In this document: positions 44,206 through 53,677 of the stretch, one piece after another
How the letters are laid out: the number at the start of each line of letters is the position of its first letter
How positions within the stretch are numbered: position 1 is the first letter of the stretch
Assembly (NCBI GenBank): GCA_046301755.1
Contig: JBKCJM010000056.1
Coordinates: forward strand, 4,898 to 68,897
From: Cyclobacteriaceae bacterium
Lineage (GTDB): Bacteria; Bacteroidota; Bacteroidia; Cytophagales; Cyclobacteriaceae
Length of the DNA stretch: 64,000 bases
Direction of reading: 5' to 3'
The notes under the pieces: generated by a model
Told to the model about the DNA's origin: nothing
Database searches by the model: none
What the model saw: the letters and a program-made list of their open reading frames with translations, nothing else
Program-made: the position numbers and the translations under genes

Positions 44206-46617
44206 GTGCGCAGTCCTTTGTTACTTATCATCGGGTTATTGAGTTTTGGCTCATTTGCCCAAACCCAGCACTGTACCATTCAGCTGTCGGGGGTGATCAG
44301 CGATGAAGAAAATCAGCCGCTGGCAGGCGCCACCGTGGTGCTCTTCCCGGGTGGCACCGGCACAACAACCAACAGCAAGGGCCGCTTCGAATTGGGAAAT
44401 CTTTGTGAAGGCACCTATCAACTCGAAGTTCGATTTGTAGGTTTCGTTACGTTTCGGGACAACATAAAGCTTAACAACAGCAAAGCTTTGCAGATCTCGC
44501 TGCAGCCCGAGCAAACCGCCTTGCAGGAAGTGGTTATCGAAGACCATGCCCCGCGTGTTGAGGCAACGTCCACTTTTAGTACGCTCAGCGGGCATTCTCT
44601 TCAGGAAGCCATGGGAAAAACACTTGCGGAGGCTTTGCGTCAGCTCTCCGGAGTAAACACCATTCAAACCGGGCCTGCCATTTTCAAGCCCGTGATTCAC
44701 GGCCTGCACAGCAACCGGGTTCTCATTCTGAACAATGGCATACGCCAGGAAGGACAAAACTGGGGTGCAGAGCACGCACCTGAAGTTGATCCCTTTATCG
44801 CCAACAACCTGGTGGTGATCAAAGATGCAGCCGCGATCAAATACGGCTCAGATGCATTGGGAGGTGTTGTGCTGGTAAATCCTGCTGAACTGCCGCGCGA
44901 ACCCGGGCTGGGCGGCCAGGCGCATATCGTAGGTGCAACCAACAATGGATCTGCACTCGTGTCCGGATTTTTGGAAGGAGGATCAGCCCGTTTGCATGGT
45001 CTGGGTTGGCGTGCTCAGGGAACGATAAAAGCCGCTGGTGACTCGCGAACACCCGGTTATGTTTTATCCAACAGCGGATTTCGCGAACATAATTTTTCAC
45101 TGGCAACAGCGTATCACAAAGAGAACAGTGGCATCGATGTTTTTTTCAGCCACTTCAACACGACTATTGGCATACTGCCGGGGGCCGTCAGCATTGGATC
45201 ACTTGAAGATCTGGCAAATGCCATGGAGCGCGAACCCCCTCAACCCACCAATCCCTTTACCTACTCCATTCGCGCTCCCCGCCAGGAGGTACAGCACAGC
45301 CTTGCCAAGGTGAACGCTCACCGGACATCCGGCAAAAATGATTTTCGTCTTCAATACGGATTTCAACTGAATGCCCGAAGAGAATTTGACCAGCGCAGAG
45401 GAAGCCTGGTAGATGTACCGGCTCTCGGGTTCCGTCTTTTCACTCACACACTTGATCTGGAATGGCAGCGGCAACACAGTCAAAAATTCAAAAGCAACTG
45501 GGGGGTCAACCTCATGCACCAGGTGAATGAAAAAATTGACGGCACGCAGACCATTCCATTCATCCCTAATTTCACACACAATGCGCTCGGTATTTTTGTT
45601 TTGGAAATGTGGAACCTGAACCGCTGGACGTTGGAAGCCGGGGCGCGCGCGGATGCCCGCCACTACGATGTGGCCGGATTTGATTTTCAAAACCAGTTGT
45701 ACCGCTCGGAGTTACGTTTTCGAAACGTCAGTGGCACACTATCCGCCCGATACACTGCGTCCGAAAGAAGTCAATTCACCACCTCGCTCAGTTCGGCCTG
45801 GCGCCCCGCTAATCTGGCCGAACTCTACAGCATCGGTACCCATCAAAGCGCTGCCTCAATTGAGTATGGCTTGCTGCTTGATGAAGCAAACAGCAAGGTG
45901 ATGGATTATGATCAGGCTGGCGTGCAACCGGAGCGCGCATTGAAATGGGTGGCAGGATACAATTTTACCGGTAGTCGGTTATCGCTGGATGTAACCGGCT
46001 ATTTCAACCTGGTTAGAAATTTTATTTACCTGCAGCCTCGTGGTGTTACCACGGGGTTGAGGGGCTCGCTGCCTTACTTCCGGTACACGCAAACCGATGC
46101 CTCGTTTGCCGGGGTTGACGGAGATATCAAATACCAATTTTCGCGGGGCTGGCAGGCGAATGTACGTGTGGCTTACCTCCGGGCAACAGATACACGAAAC
46201 GATGATTACCTTATCTTCATTCCCGCCAATCGCGCCTCGGCCAGTGTTCGGTACGAATCAAAAAGCTGGAACAACGTAACCTGGTTTTCCGAAGTACGCA
46301 TCAGTGCAATTGCCCGACAAACACGCGCACCCGAACGAGTCATCACCCCACGCGATTTCCTCACTGCACTTGAGCAGGGCACTGACCTGCTGGCCGGCAA
46401 CAACCGCAATTTCGATTTCATGGCTGCGCCCGATGGCGTTGTGCTGGTGGGGGCTGGTGTGGGCGTAGCCCTGCGGATGAAAAAAACAAAACTGGAACTG
46501 GATTTCAGGGCGGAAAATCTCACCAATCAAACCTACCGGGAATTCACCAACCGCCTTCGCTATTACGCCAACGAGGTAGGCCAGAACTTCATTCTGGGCC
46601 TGCACGCCAGCTTTTAG
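44206..46617 (+). CDS. TonB-dependent receptor with CarboxypepD_reg-like N-terminal domain
   Basis: The GTG start gives the signal peptide MRSPLLLIIGLLSFGSFAQ. GVISDEENQPLAGATVVLF..GRFELGNLCEGTYQLEVRFVGF is CarboxypepD_reg-like. The plug has IRQEGQNWGAEHAPEVD, and the barrel ends in a C-terminal F. Confidence 0.9.
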   Translation: MRSPLLLIIGLLSFGSFAQTQHCTIQLSGVISDEENQPLAGATVVLFPGGTGTTTNSKGRFELGNLCEGTYQLEVRFVGFVTFRDNIKLNNSKALQISLQPEQTALQEVVIEDHAPRVEATSTFSTLSGHSLQEAMGKTLAEALRQLSGVNTIQTGPAIFKPVIHGLHSNRVLILNNGIRQEGQNWGAEHAPEVDPFIANNLVVIKDAAAIKYGSDALGGVVLVNPAELPREPGLGGQAHIVGATNNGSALVSGFLEGGSARLHGLGWRAQGTIKAAGDSRTPGYVLSNSGFREHNFSLATAYHKENSGIDVFFSHFNTTIGILPGAVSIGSLEDLANAMEREPPQPTNPFTYSIRAPRQEVQHSLAKVNAHRTSGKNDFRLQYGFQLNARREFDQRRGSLVDVPALGFRLFTHTLDLEWQRQHSQKFKSNWGVNLMHQVNEKIDGTQTIPFIPNFTHNALGIFVLEMWNLNRWTLEAGARADARHYDVAGFDFQNQLYRSELRFRNVSGTLSARYTASERSQFTTSLSSAWRPANLAELYSIGTHQSAASIEYGLLLDEANSKVMDYDQAGVQPERALKWVAGYNFTGSRLSLDVTGYFNLVRNFIYLQPRGVTTGLRGSLPYFRYTQTDASFAGVDGDIKYQFSRGWQANVRVAYLRATDTRNDDYLIFIPANRASASVRYESKSWNNVTWFSEVRISAIARQTRAPERVITPRDFLTALEQGTDLLAGNNRNFDFMAAPDGVVLVGAGVGVALRMKKTKLELDFRAENLTNQTYREFTNRLRYYANEVGQNFILGLHASF

Positions 46618-46643
46618 GCACTTGCGCGGTAACTTTCAGTTCC

Positions 46644-46665
46644 TATATTTGCAACAAAGTTGCAT
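46644..46665 (+). promoter_or_regulatory. -7 element TATATTTG overlapped by the palindrome TTGCAAC-AAA-GTTGCAT (candidate operator) for the lipoprotein gene
   Basis: TAnnTTTG is at 46644-46651. The inverted repeat at 46649-46665 matches in 6 of 7 arm positions and lies 11 nt upstream of ATG 46677. Confidence 0.45.
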
Positions 46666-46676
46666 AAAACTAAAAT

Positions 46677-47282
46677 ATGAAAGACCTACGAAGTTTATTG
46701 ACCGCACTCCTCCTGGCAGGAGCTGTTGCATTTCTCTCGGGCTGTGACAACGATGACCCGGAACCCGAAAACATCCCGGAAGCGATCACAAAGGTGGAGT
46801 TGACGTTCTCATCGGTAGGTGTTGCTAATGTGGTGGTTACCGCTACTGACCCGGATGGTGAAGGGCCGCAGTCGTTTACCCTTAGCGGACCCATTGCACT
46901 TGCACGTAACACCACCTACACAATGTCCATTGGACTGCTGAATGAATTGGCTGCTCCCACTGACCCGGAGTACAACATCGGGCTTGAGGTATCAGAAGAG
47001 GCGGATGAGCACATGTTCTTCTTTGCCTGGAATAACGCTCCCTTCTCGAACCCCACCGGTAATGGAAACATTCCAAACCGTGCAGGTGCTGTTAACTATC
47101 TGGATGAAGACGATAATAATCTACCCCTGGGATTATTGACCAGTTGGACTACAGTAAACGCAGCCGCAAGCGGAACATTCCGCGTGGTTTTAAAGCATCA
47201 GCCCGACATCAAGTCGGCTACTTCTACCAGCAATGATGGGGAGAGCGATCTGGATGTTACTTTCAATCTGACTGTGAACTAA
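46677..47282 (+). CDS. lipoprotein of unknown function, partner of the TonB-dependent receptor
   Basis: Lipobox AFLSGCDNDD, an acidic beta-rich sequence, and EEADEHMFFF. Confidence 0.6.
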   Translation: MKDLRSLLTALLLAGAVAFLSGCDNDDPEPENIPEAITKVELTFSSVGVANVVVTATDPDGEGPQSFTLSGPIALARNTTYTMSIGLLNELAAPTDPEYNIGLEVSEEADEHMFFFAWNNAPFSNPTGNGNIPNRAGAVNYLDEDDNNLPLGLLTSWTTVNAAASGTFRVVLKHQPDIKSATSTSNDGESDLDVTFNLTVN

Positions 47283-47310
47283 TTCATCACATCAAACACA
47301 AGTTTCCCGG

Positions 47311-47345
47311 TCGTCCTGGCGGTATCCGTCAGGACGATTTTTTTT
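47311..47345 (+). terminator. rho-independent terminator after the lipoprotein gene
   Basis: TCGTCCTG-(11 nt)-CAGGACGA followed by TTTTTTTT. Confidence 0.8.
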
Positions 47346-47349
47346 GCTT

Positions 47350-47357
47350 TACCTTTG
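47350..47357 (+). promoter_or_regulatory. -7 element TACCTTTG upstream of the DPP-IV gene
   Basis: Matches TAnnTTTG and lies 19 nt upstream of ATG 47377. Confidence 0.4.
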
Positions 47358-47376
47358 AATGATCTGAAAAGCACGT

Positions 47377-49539
47377 ATGAAAAAAATTGCCTCTATCACG
47401 TTTTGCTGGCTGGCTTTCATTGCAGTAGCCTTCGCGCAAAAGAACATCACTATTGACGACTTCACGCTGCGACCCACGTTTGCTCAGCGCAGCGTAACGG
47501 GTATTAACTGGATGAAGGATGGCAAGTTTTACACCTCCCTACAGGATAACAAGATTGTGAAGTTTGATGTGACCACCGGCAAAGCCGTGGAAACCCTGGT
47601 GGATGGCAATGCCCTCTCGCTGGATATCGATGACTACGAGTGGAGTGCAGATGAAAAGAAACTGATGTTGCTTTCGGAGCAGGAAGGTATCTACCGGAGA
47701 TCGTATAGGGGTGTGTATCATGTATACGATCTGGCATCGAAAACCCTCCGCAAGCTTACGTCCGAAAAATCGGGATACGCCACATTCTCGCCCGATGGGG
47801 GCCACGCAGCCTTCGTGCGTGGCAACAACCTGTATGTGGTCAGTCTTAGTGACTTCAAAGAGACACCGGTTACCTCGGATGGAAAACAAAATGAAATAAT
47901 TAACGGCTCAACCGATTGGGTCTATGAAGAGGAACTGGGTTTTGCCCAGGCCTTTTATTGGTCGCCCGATGGCCGTTACCTGGCCTATTATCGCTTTGAT
48001 GAGAGCCGCGTGCGGGAATACAACATGCAAAAATGGAACCGGGGGCAACTTTATCCGGAAGACTACCGGTTCAAATATCCAAAAGCAGGTGAAGCCAATG
48101 CCCTGGTCGATCTCTTTATCCGCGATGTTTCTTCGGGCACAGTGGTGAAAGCCGATCTCGGCAGCGAAACTGATCGCTACATTCCGCGTGTAAAATGGAC
48201 GACAACGGCCGGTTTGCTATCCGTGCGCACGCTTAACCGTCTGCAAAATGAATTGACGCTTTACCACGTAAATGCCGCCACGGGTGCGGCTACGCAGGTG
48301 CAGCAGGAAAAAAGCGACACGTACGTTGATGTTGAATACACGGATGACCTGATTTACACACAGGAAGGCAAGTTCTTCATCTCCGCAAGCGAACGAAGCG
48401 GCTTCAAGCACGTGTACCTCAATGCGATGAATGGCCAACTGGTGAATGCCATTACCAGTGGCGATTGGGAAGTTACACAACTGGTATCTGTAGATGAAAA
48501 AGCTAAACTGGTGTATTACATCTCCACCGAGGGCAATTATCTCAACCGTACCTTTTACTCGGTATCATTCGATGGCAAGCGCAAGACAAAACTCTCGGGA
48601 GCCGAGGGCACGCACAACATCAACATGAGCTCCGATCATCAATACTACATCGATTACCACTCCAGCGCAGACCAACCCCTCATCGTCACCTTGTTTAAAA
48701 CAAAAGGAAATGCAGTAGTCAAGGTGCTTGAGAGTAACGAGGCGTTGAAAAAGACACTGGATGAATATGGCATCGTAAAAAAAGAATTCTTTCAGTACAA
48801 AAGCGCAGATGGCACCACGTTACTGGACGGCTTCATGATCAAACCCAAAAATTTTGACGCCTCGCGGCAATACCCGGTGTTGGTGTACCAATACAGTGGC
48901 CCGCGGGCACCCAGCGTGCTGAACGCCTTTAGCGGAGGAAACTTTTACTGGTTTCAGATGCTGGCGCAGAAAGGCATCATCGTTGCGGTGATTGACACCC
49001 GGGGCACCGGATTCCGCGGTGAGAAATTTGCCAAGATGACGTATAAGCAAATGGGAAAATATGAGTTGGAGGATCTCCTCGCAGGAGCCCGCCATCTGGG
49101 TGCTCTCGATTACGTGGATGAAAGCCGACTGGCCTTGCACGGCTGGAGCTATGGTGGCTACATGACCGCCCTGGCCATGACCAAAGGCGCAGGCGTGTAC
49201 AAAGTCGGAATTGCCGGAGCGCCCGTAACCAACTGGCGCTATTATGATACTATCTACACCGAGCGCTTTTTGCAAACTCCGCAGCAGAATGCATCTGGGT
49301 ATGATGACAACTCACCGACCACGCACGCGGCCAACCTGAAAGGTGACTTTTTGCTGATCCATGGCACGGGTGATGACAATGTGCACTTCCAAAACTCAGT
49401 AGCCCTCGAAGACGCGCTGATCCGCGCAGGCAAACAATTCCGTTCTTTCTACTACCCGGATTTGCCTCATGGCTGGGGCGGCAAGCCGCGCCATCACCTC
49501 ATGACCCTGATGACCGACTTCCTGTTGGAAAAATTGTAA
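47377..49539 (+). CDS. dipeptidyl-peptidase IV (S9B family serine peptidase)
   Basis: A signal peptide and the DPPIV N-terminal propeller are followed by the catalytic GWSYGGY, GTGDDNVHF and a C-terminal H. Confidence 0.9.
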   Translation: MKKIASITFCWLAFIAVAFAQKNITIDDFTLRPTFAQRSVTGINWMKDGKFYTSLQDNKIVKFDVTTGKAVETLVDGNALSLDIDDYEWSADEKKLMLLSEQEGIYRRSYRGVYHVYDLASKTLRKLTSEKSGYATFSPDGGHAAFVRGNNLYVVSLSDFKETPVTSDGKQNEIINGSTDWVYEEELGFAQAFYWSPDGRYLAYYRFDESRVREYNMQKWNRGQLYPEDYRFKYPKAGEANALVDLFIRDVSSGTVVKADLGSETDRYIPRVKWTTTAGLLSVRTLNRLQNELTLYHVNAATGAATQVQQEKSDTYVDVEYTDDLIYTQEGKFFISASERSGFKHVYLNAMNGQLVNAITSGDWEVTQLVSVDEKAKLVYYISTEGNYLNRTFYSVSFDGKRKTKLSGAEGTHNINMSSDHQYYIDYHSSADQPLIVTLFKTKGNAVVKVLESNEALKKTLDEYGIVKKEFFQYKSADGTTLLDGFMIKPKNFDASRQYPVLVYQYSGPRAPSVLNAFSGGNFYWFQMLAQKGIIVAVIDTRGTGFRGEKFAKMTYKQMGKYELEDLLAGARHLGALDYVDESRLALHGWSYGGYMTALAMTKGAGVYKVGIAGAPVTNWRYYDTIYTERFLQTPQQNASGYDDNSPTTHAANLKGDFLLIHGTGDDNVHFQNSVALEDALIRAGKQFRSFYYPDLPHGWGGKPRHHLMTLMTDFLLEKL

Positions 49540-50517
49540 ATGGAAAAAGACGCGCTCGGCCGCAAACTCAGGCGATACAGTCGCATCGGGTGGACACTGG
49601 CACTGCTGGGTGCCTTGCTTTCTTCGCTGGGAGCCTTCATAGCAGTTCCCCTGTGGGGTGGTGCAATTGCCTGTTTCGTAGTCAGCACTTTCGCGAAGCA
49701 ACAACTTCAAAATCCTTCACCCAATCACAGCTATCAGCAGGCAAAATCCTCTACTGACTCCGCACCGGTATTACCTGAGGTTACTTTTTTCAATGCATTT
49801 ATCTGGGTGTTCGGTGGAATACTGATCATTTTTCTGGTTGTATACATGGCCAGTGGCGATGAAGAATCCACTGCTGTTGAAGCCACGCCAACCGAACAGG
49901 TACCCTCAGGTGAGGCTGAGCCACCGACCGAGGAACTAACCCCTTTCGATCGAGCCTCGCAAGCGTACAACCAGGGTGATTACGCTCAGGCCAAAACCAT
50001 CTTTGAAGAAATCACAAAAAATGAGCCGGGCAATGCCGATGCCTGGCTCGGCCTGGGCAATGTGTATTATTCCGAGAAAAACTACTCGGCTGCCGATGGA
50101 TACTACGACAGGGCTCTTTCGGTCCGGCAGGATTTTATCGAAGCCTTGTACAACAAAGCCCTGATTCGGTTCGACCGCAAGGAATATTCCTCCAGCAGCG
50201 GAATCTTAACCCAGGCGCTTCTGATCAATCCCAATTACGTTGATGGCTTGATACTGCAGGGCGACTGTTCGTACGCATCCTCAAATTACTCACAGGCACG
50301 AAGCCCTTACCGAAAGGCATACGACCTGGGTTCGCGAATCCCCGATTTAGTTCATCGCCTGGCCTGGCTGGAAGACCGGGAGCAGAATCTCAAGGAAGCC
50401 GTTAAGCTCTACCGGGAGACTCTCGAACTTGATCCCGAACGCAAAGAAATTTACGCGCGCCTTAAGGAGTTAGACCCCGGACGGGCCAAAGCCTATGAAC
50501 AAAATCAACTCGACTAA
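49540..50517 (+). CDS. membrane protein with cytoplasmic/periplasmic TPR repeats
   Basis: Three hydrophobic helices are followed by TPR repeats (AWLGLGNVYYSEKNYSAADGYYDRAL, EALYNKALIRF). Confidence 0.65.
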   Translation: MEKDALGRKLRRYSRIGWTLALLGALLSSLGAFIAVPLWGGAIACFVVSTFAKQQLQNPSPNHSYQQAKSSTDSAPVLPEVTFFNAFIWVFGGILIIFLVVYMASGDEESTAVEATPTEQVPSGEAEPPTEELTPFDRASQAYNQGDYAQAKTIFEEITKNEPGNADAWLGLGNVYYSEKNYSAADGYYDRALSVRQDFIEALYNKALIRFDRKEYSSSSGILTQALLINPNYVDGLILQGDCSYASSNYSQARSPYRKAYDLGSRIPDLVHRLAWLEDREQNLKEAVKLYRETLELDPERKEIYARLKELDPGRAKAYEQNQLD

Positions 50518-50556
50518 TCCCGGTCGCATATCTGTTGAAAACATTACCTTGGTGAG

Positions 50557-51420
50557 ATGAAAAAACTTGTTTGGCTGCTTCTTCTGTTTCCTGCCTTGCT
50601 AAAAGCCCAAACCGGCTCTGAAATTCTGGTGTTTGATCTGAAAGTGAAAAGGGGAAGTGTCAGCGTTTCCAAACCGGAAAACGTTACGCGCCACCCGGGC
50701 TACGACAATCAGCCTCATTTTCATCCGCAACTTCCTCTGCTCTACTACGCTTCATTTAATGACGATGGCCGCTCGGACATCCGCAGTTTCAATCTCAAGA
50801 CAAAAACAACGGCTAACATTACCGCTACAAATGAGCGGGAGTATTCCCCCACGGTTACACCTGACCGCCAGTTTCTTTCCTGTATTATCCAGCGCGACAA
50901 CGGTGCTCAGGACCTCGGCAAGTATCCGATTGGAGGTGGGGAGGCACAAGTGTTGATTGATCACCTCACGGTTGGCTACCACGTGTGGCTCGACAATAGC
51001 CATGTGGCCTTGTTCGTACTGGGCGAACCTCAAACCCTACACTATCTTCAACTGCCCACGCGGCAGGATACCATTATCGCTTCCGGCATTGGCCGATCTC
51101 TTCACCGGATACCGGGTGAGCGCGCGCTCAGCTTTGTATGGAAAAAAGCGGAAGGCGACTGGCATGTGATGAGGTTCGATCCGGAAAAAAATTCAATCAC
51201 GGAGATTACGGCCACTCTCCCGGGCCGTGAAGACCTGGCGTGGACTGCGGACGGAAAAATTCTGATGAGTGACGGTACAAAGCTTTTCTTCTGCGATACC
51301 CGCGCATCTGAAAAGAAGTGGGCGGAAGTTACACTGCCCCCGGCTGCCGAATTGAAACGAGTAACTCGCCTGGCAATCAACGCCAAAGGCGATAAGCTTG
51401 CTGTGGTTGTGGCGGAGTAA
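50557..51420 (+). CDS. secreted TolB-like / PD40 beta-propeller protein
   Basis: A signal peptide is followed by PGYDNQPHF, REYSPTVTPD and similar PD40-type repeat strands. Confidence 0.6.
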   Translation: MKKLVWLLLLFPALLKAQTGSEILVFDLKVKRGSVSVSKPENVTRHPGYDNQPHFHPQLPLLYYASFNDDGRSDIRSFNLKTKTTANITATNEREYSPTVTPDRQFLSCIIQRDNGAQDLGKYPIGGGEAQVLIDHLTVGYHVWLDNSHVALFVLGEPQTLHYLQLPTRQDTIIASGIGRSLHRIPGERALSFVWKKAEGDWHVMRFDPEKNSITEITATLPGREDLAWTADGKILMSDGTKLFFCDTRASEKKWAEVTLPPAAELKRVTRLAINAKGDKLAVVVAE

Positions 51421-52059
51421 CTACTTCTCGCAAAACGAGCCCTTTGCGATAAAAAGTTTTTTGGCCTCCACAGCCAAAAGTCCCTGCTCCACAGCGGGGT
51501 CATTCGCGAAAGTGGTAGCGTTGATAGCCTCAACGGCAATTATCAAATCTTCGAATTCACCAATTTTGACGTGCGTGATGATATTATTTTGCCTGGATAA
51601 CTCCGTCACTTTTGACTGATGGTTGGCGTACAGACGGGCAGCATTCATCTGGTTGTCCTTGGTGAGCAGAGGCGAAAACCGGAGAAAGGAATAGTTCACC
51701 ATTTGGTAAGGTTCCTTCACGGGGCAAATAGAACCAATAATGGGCTGGTAGGGCACTACCTCCAGCCGCCAACGCTGTGCCTGCACACCCGGGTCATCGG
51801 CCAACCAGCGGTCAATATCCGCGCGGTTCGAGGAGCTGAAAATAAAAATGCCGCCACCGCCTTCGAATGGACCGGCTGCCACCAGGTGTCCTTCTTTGTG
51901 CAGCTTCTCCATGTTGGAAAAATGGCCCTGCATCAATTTGTCCACCTCCTCTTTTGGTAAGGCGGGTAAGTCATTTCGCTTATGAAGGATTACGAGCGTA
52001 AAATCTTTCTGCGCCAACGCCCAGTTGGAAACGAAAAGCAGGAAAAGAATACGAATCAT
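51421..52059 (-). CDS. secreted protein with two YCII-like domains
   Basis: Signal peptide MIRILFLLFVSNWALAQ. The first half has MQGHFSNMEKLHKEGHLVAAGPF..WLADDPGVQA. The second half has ANHQSKV..FANDPAVEQGLL. Confidence 0.55.
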   Translation of the reverse strand: MIRILFLLFVSNWALAQKDFTLVILHKRNDLPALPKEEVDKLMQGHFSNMEKLHKEGHLVAAGPFEGGGGIFIFSSSNRADIDRWLADDPGVQAQRWRLEVVPYQPIIGSICPVKEPYQMVNYSFLRFSPLLTKDNQMNAARLYANHQSKVTELSRQNNIITHVKIGEFEDLIIAVEAINATTFANDPAVEQGLLAVEAKKLFIAKGSFCEK

Positions 52060-52526
52060 ATCGTGTTACGGGTCATGAATTTCTCCAGCATCGCACGCAG
52101 CCGTTGGTGAAATTTTCGCCTCACGAGCGGCAGCTTAAACAGGATCGACTTCCAGCCGAACGCCATCGTCAACCAGCGGTCGAAATCAAACTCATCGCGG
52201 TGATCGATGATTTTGCCATCAGCAAAAACAAAATGTGCCTGGATGCGATTTTCAATCGGCCGACCGGTAAGCGAAAACGTATACCGGGCAATCCAGGTTG
52301 CCTGCCCCCGCTTCTCATCAGCCTCAATGCCTGAAAACGTCAATGCCATATCGCCACCGCGTTCCACCAGCATCTGCCACATGGCACCCACCTGGGGTCC
52401 CCTTAAATCCTGGAAGGCCGGATCGAAAAAATGCACATCGGGATGATAGAAAACCTTCATTGTGGCTGCATCTCGCCTTTGAAAGGCCTCGTAAAAGGTA
52501 TGAATCAGTTGCTCGTTGGTTGTCAT
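52056..52526 (-). CDS. NTF2-like (SnoaL-type) protein
   Basis: IHTFYEAFQRRDAATMKVFYHPDVHFFDPAF.. is the typical SnoaL_2 N-terminus. Confidence 0.7.
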   Translation of the reverse strand: MTTNEQLIHTFYEAFQRRDAATMKVFYHPDVHFFDPAFQDLRGPQVGAMWQMLVERGGDMALTFSGIEADEKRGQATWIARYTFSLTGRPIENRIQAHFVFADGKIIDHRDEFDFDRWLTMAFGWKSILFKLPLVRRKFHQRLRAMLEKFMTRNTI

Positions 52527-53674
52527 CGGGCGGTGAGGATTGTGCGGGCCAGTAACTTCATGTCATCGGATGTATTGTAGAGGTGCGGAGATACGCGGAT
52601 TGAGTCACCCCGAACCGACACAGAGATTTTGTTCTTCTTTAATGCCGCCTTTACCTTCTCCAGCGAAATATCATCCGGCAGCCGCACGCCAAGCAAGTGA
52701 TTGCCCCGATACTCTTCTTCAATCCAGCATCCCGCCTCGCGCAGCATCGCGAGCGCTTCCCGCGATATCTTTTCGGTGTACTGCTGAATCCGGACCGGGG
52801 TCCACTCGTTTACCTGCCTCAACGCCTCCAGCATCATGGGCACCAGAATGAAATTGCTGTGCTCACCGACTTCGTAGCGCAATGCGCCCGGCTGATATGC
52901 GTGTTGATAGTTAACGAGGCCCGTGAAATCCTCGCTGTGCAGTCGGTTGATCCAGTTCTCCTCCACGGGTTTTCCCTGATCGAAGTAGGGACCGTAGTAT
53001 GCCAGTCCGATGGAATACGGGCCCATCAGCCATTTGTATCCCGCACAGATGAGCGCATCGGGATCAAAAGATTTCATATCGAACGGCATGGCGCCAACGG
53101 ACTGCGTGCCGTCAATGACAAGCAAGGCCCCTACCTCGCGGGTGCGCTTGCGAATGGCAGCCAAATCAAATCGGGTGCCGTCTGCCCAATGGATATGAGC
53201 GAGCGCCACCAATCGGGTTTGGCTGTTGATGCTGTCGAGTATTCGCTCGTTCCATCGCTTTCCCCGGTCCTTCAGTTCTGCTGGCGGCTGAATTACGTTT
53301 AGTTTGGCCCCGGCTTCGTCCGTCACCCTCATCCACGGATACACATTACTCGGAAACTGCGCAGCCGTCACCACAATTTGATCGCCCGGCCTGAGCACGA
53401 GATTGCGCGCAACGTTGGCCAACCCGTATGATACAGAGGGAATGATCACTACGCGTTGAGGTTGAGACACCTTCAGCAACCGCGCGTACTCAGCTCTCAG
53501 TTTTTCGGTGTCTTCAAAAAACATAGCCGGTGTAACTGCCATGGGGTTTCGCTTTTGCAAAAGGCCCTTTATACCGGCCCGCTCAACCCGCTTTAACAGT
53601 GGGGCCATGTAGGCACAGTTCAGATAAGTGCCGGAACGAGGTAATGTAAACCTGGATCGTTGGTTCGTTAACAT
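52523..53674 (-). CDS. class V aminotransferase-fold PLP-dependent enzyme
   Basis: LVIDGTQSVGAMPFD and AGYKWLMGPYSIG give the PLP-lysine context. Length is 383 aa. Confidence 0.8.
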   Translation of the reverse strand: MLTNQRSRFTLPRSGTYLNCAYMAPLLKRVERAGIKGLLQKRNPMAVTPAMFFEDTEKLRAEYARLLKVSQPQRVVIIPSVSYGLANVARNLVLRPGDQIVVTAAQFPSNVYPWMRVTDEAGAKLNVIQPPAELKDRGKRWNERILDSINSQTRLVALAHIHWADGTRFDLAAIRKRTREVGALLVIDGTQSVGAMPFDMKSFDPDALICAGYKWLMGPYSIGLAYYGPYFDQGKPVEENWINRLHSEDFTGLVNYQHAYQPGALRYEVGEHSNFILVPMMLEALRQVNEWTPVRIQQYTEKISREALAMLREAGCWIEEEYRGNHLLGVRLPDDISLEKVKAALKKNKISVSVRGDSIRVSPHLYNTSDDMKLLARTILTAR

Positions 53675-53677
53675 GTA

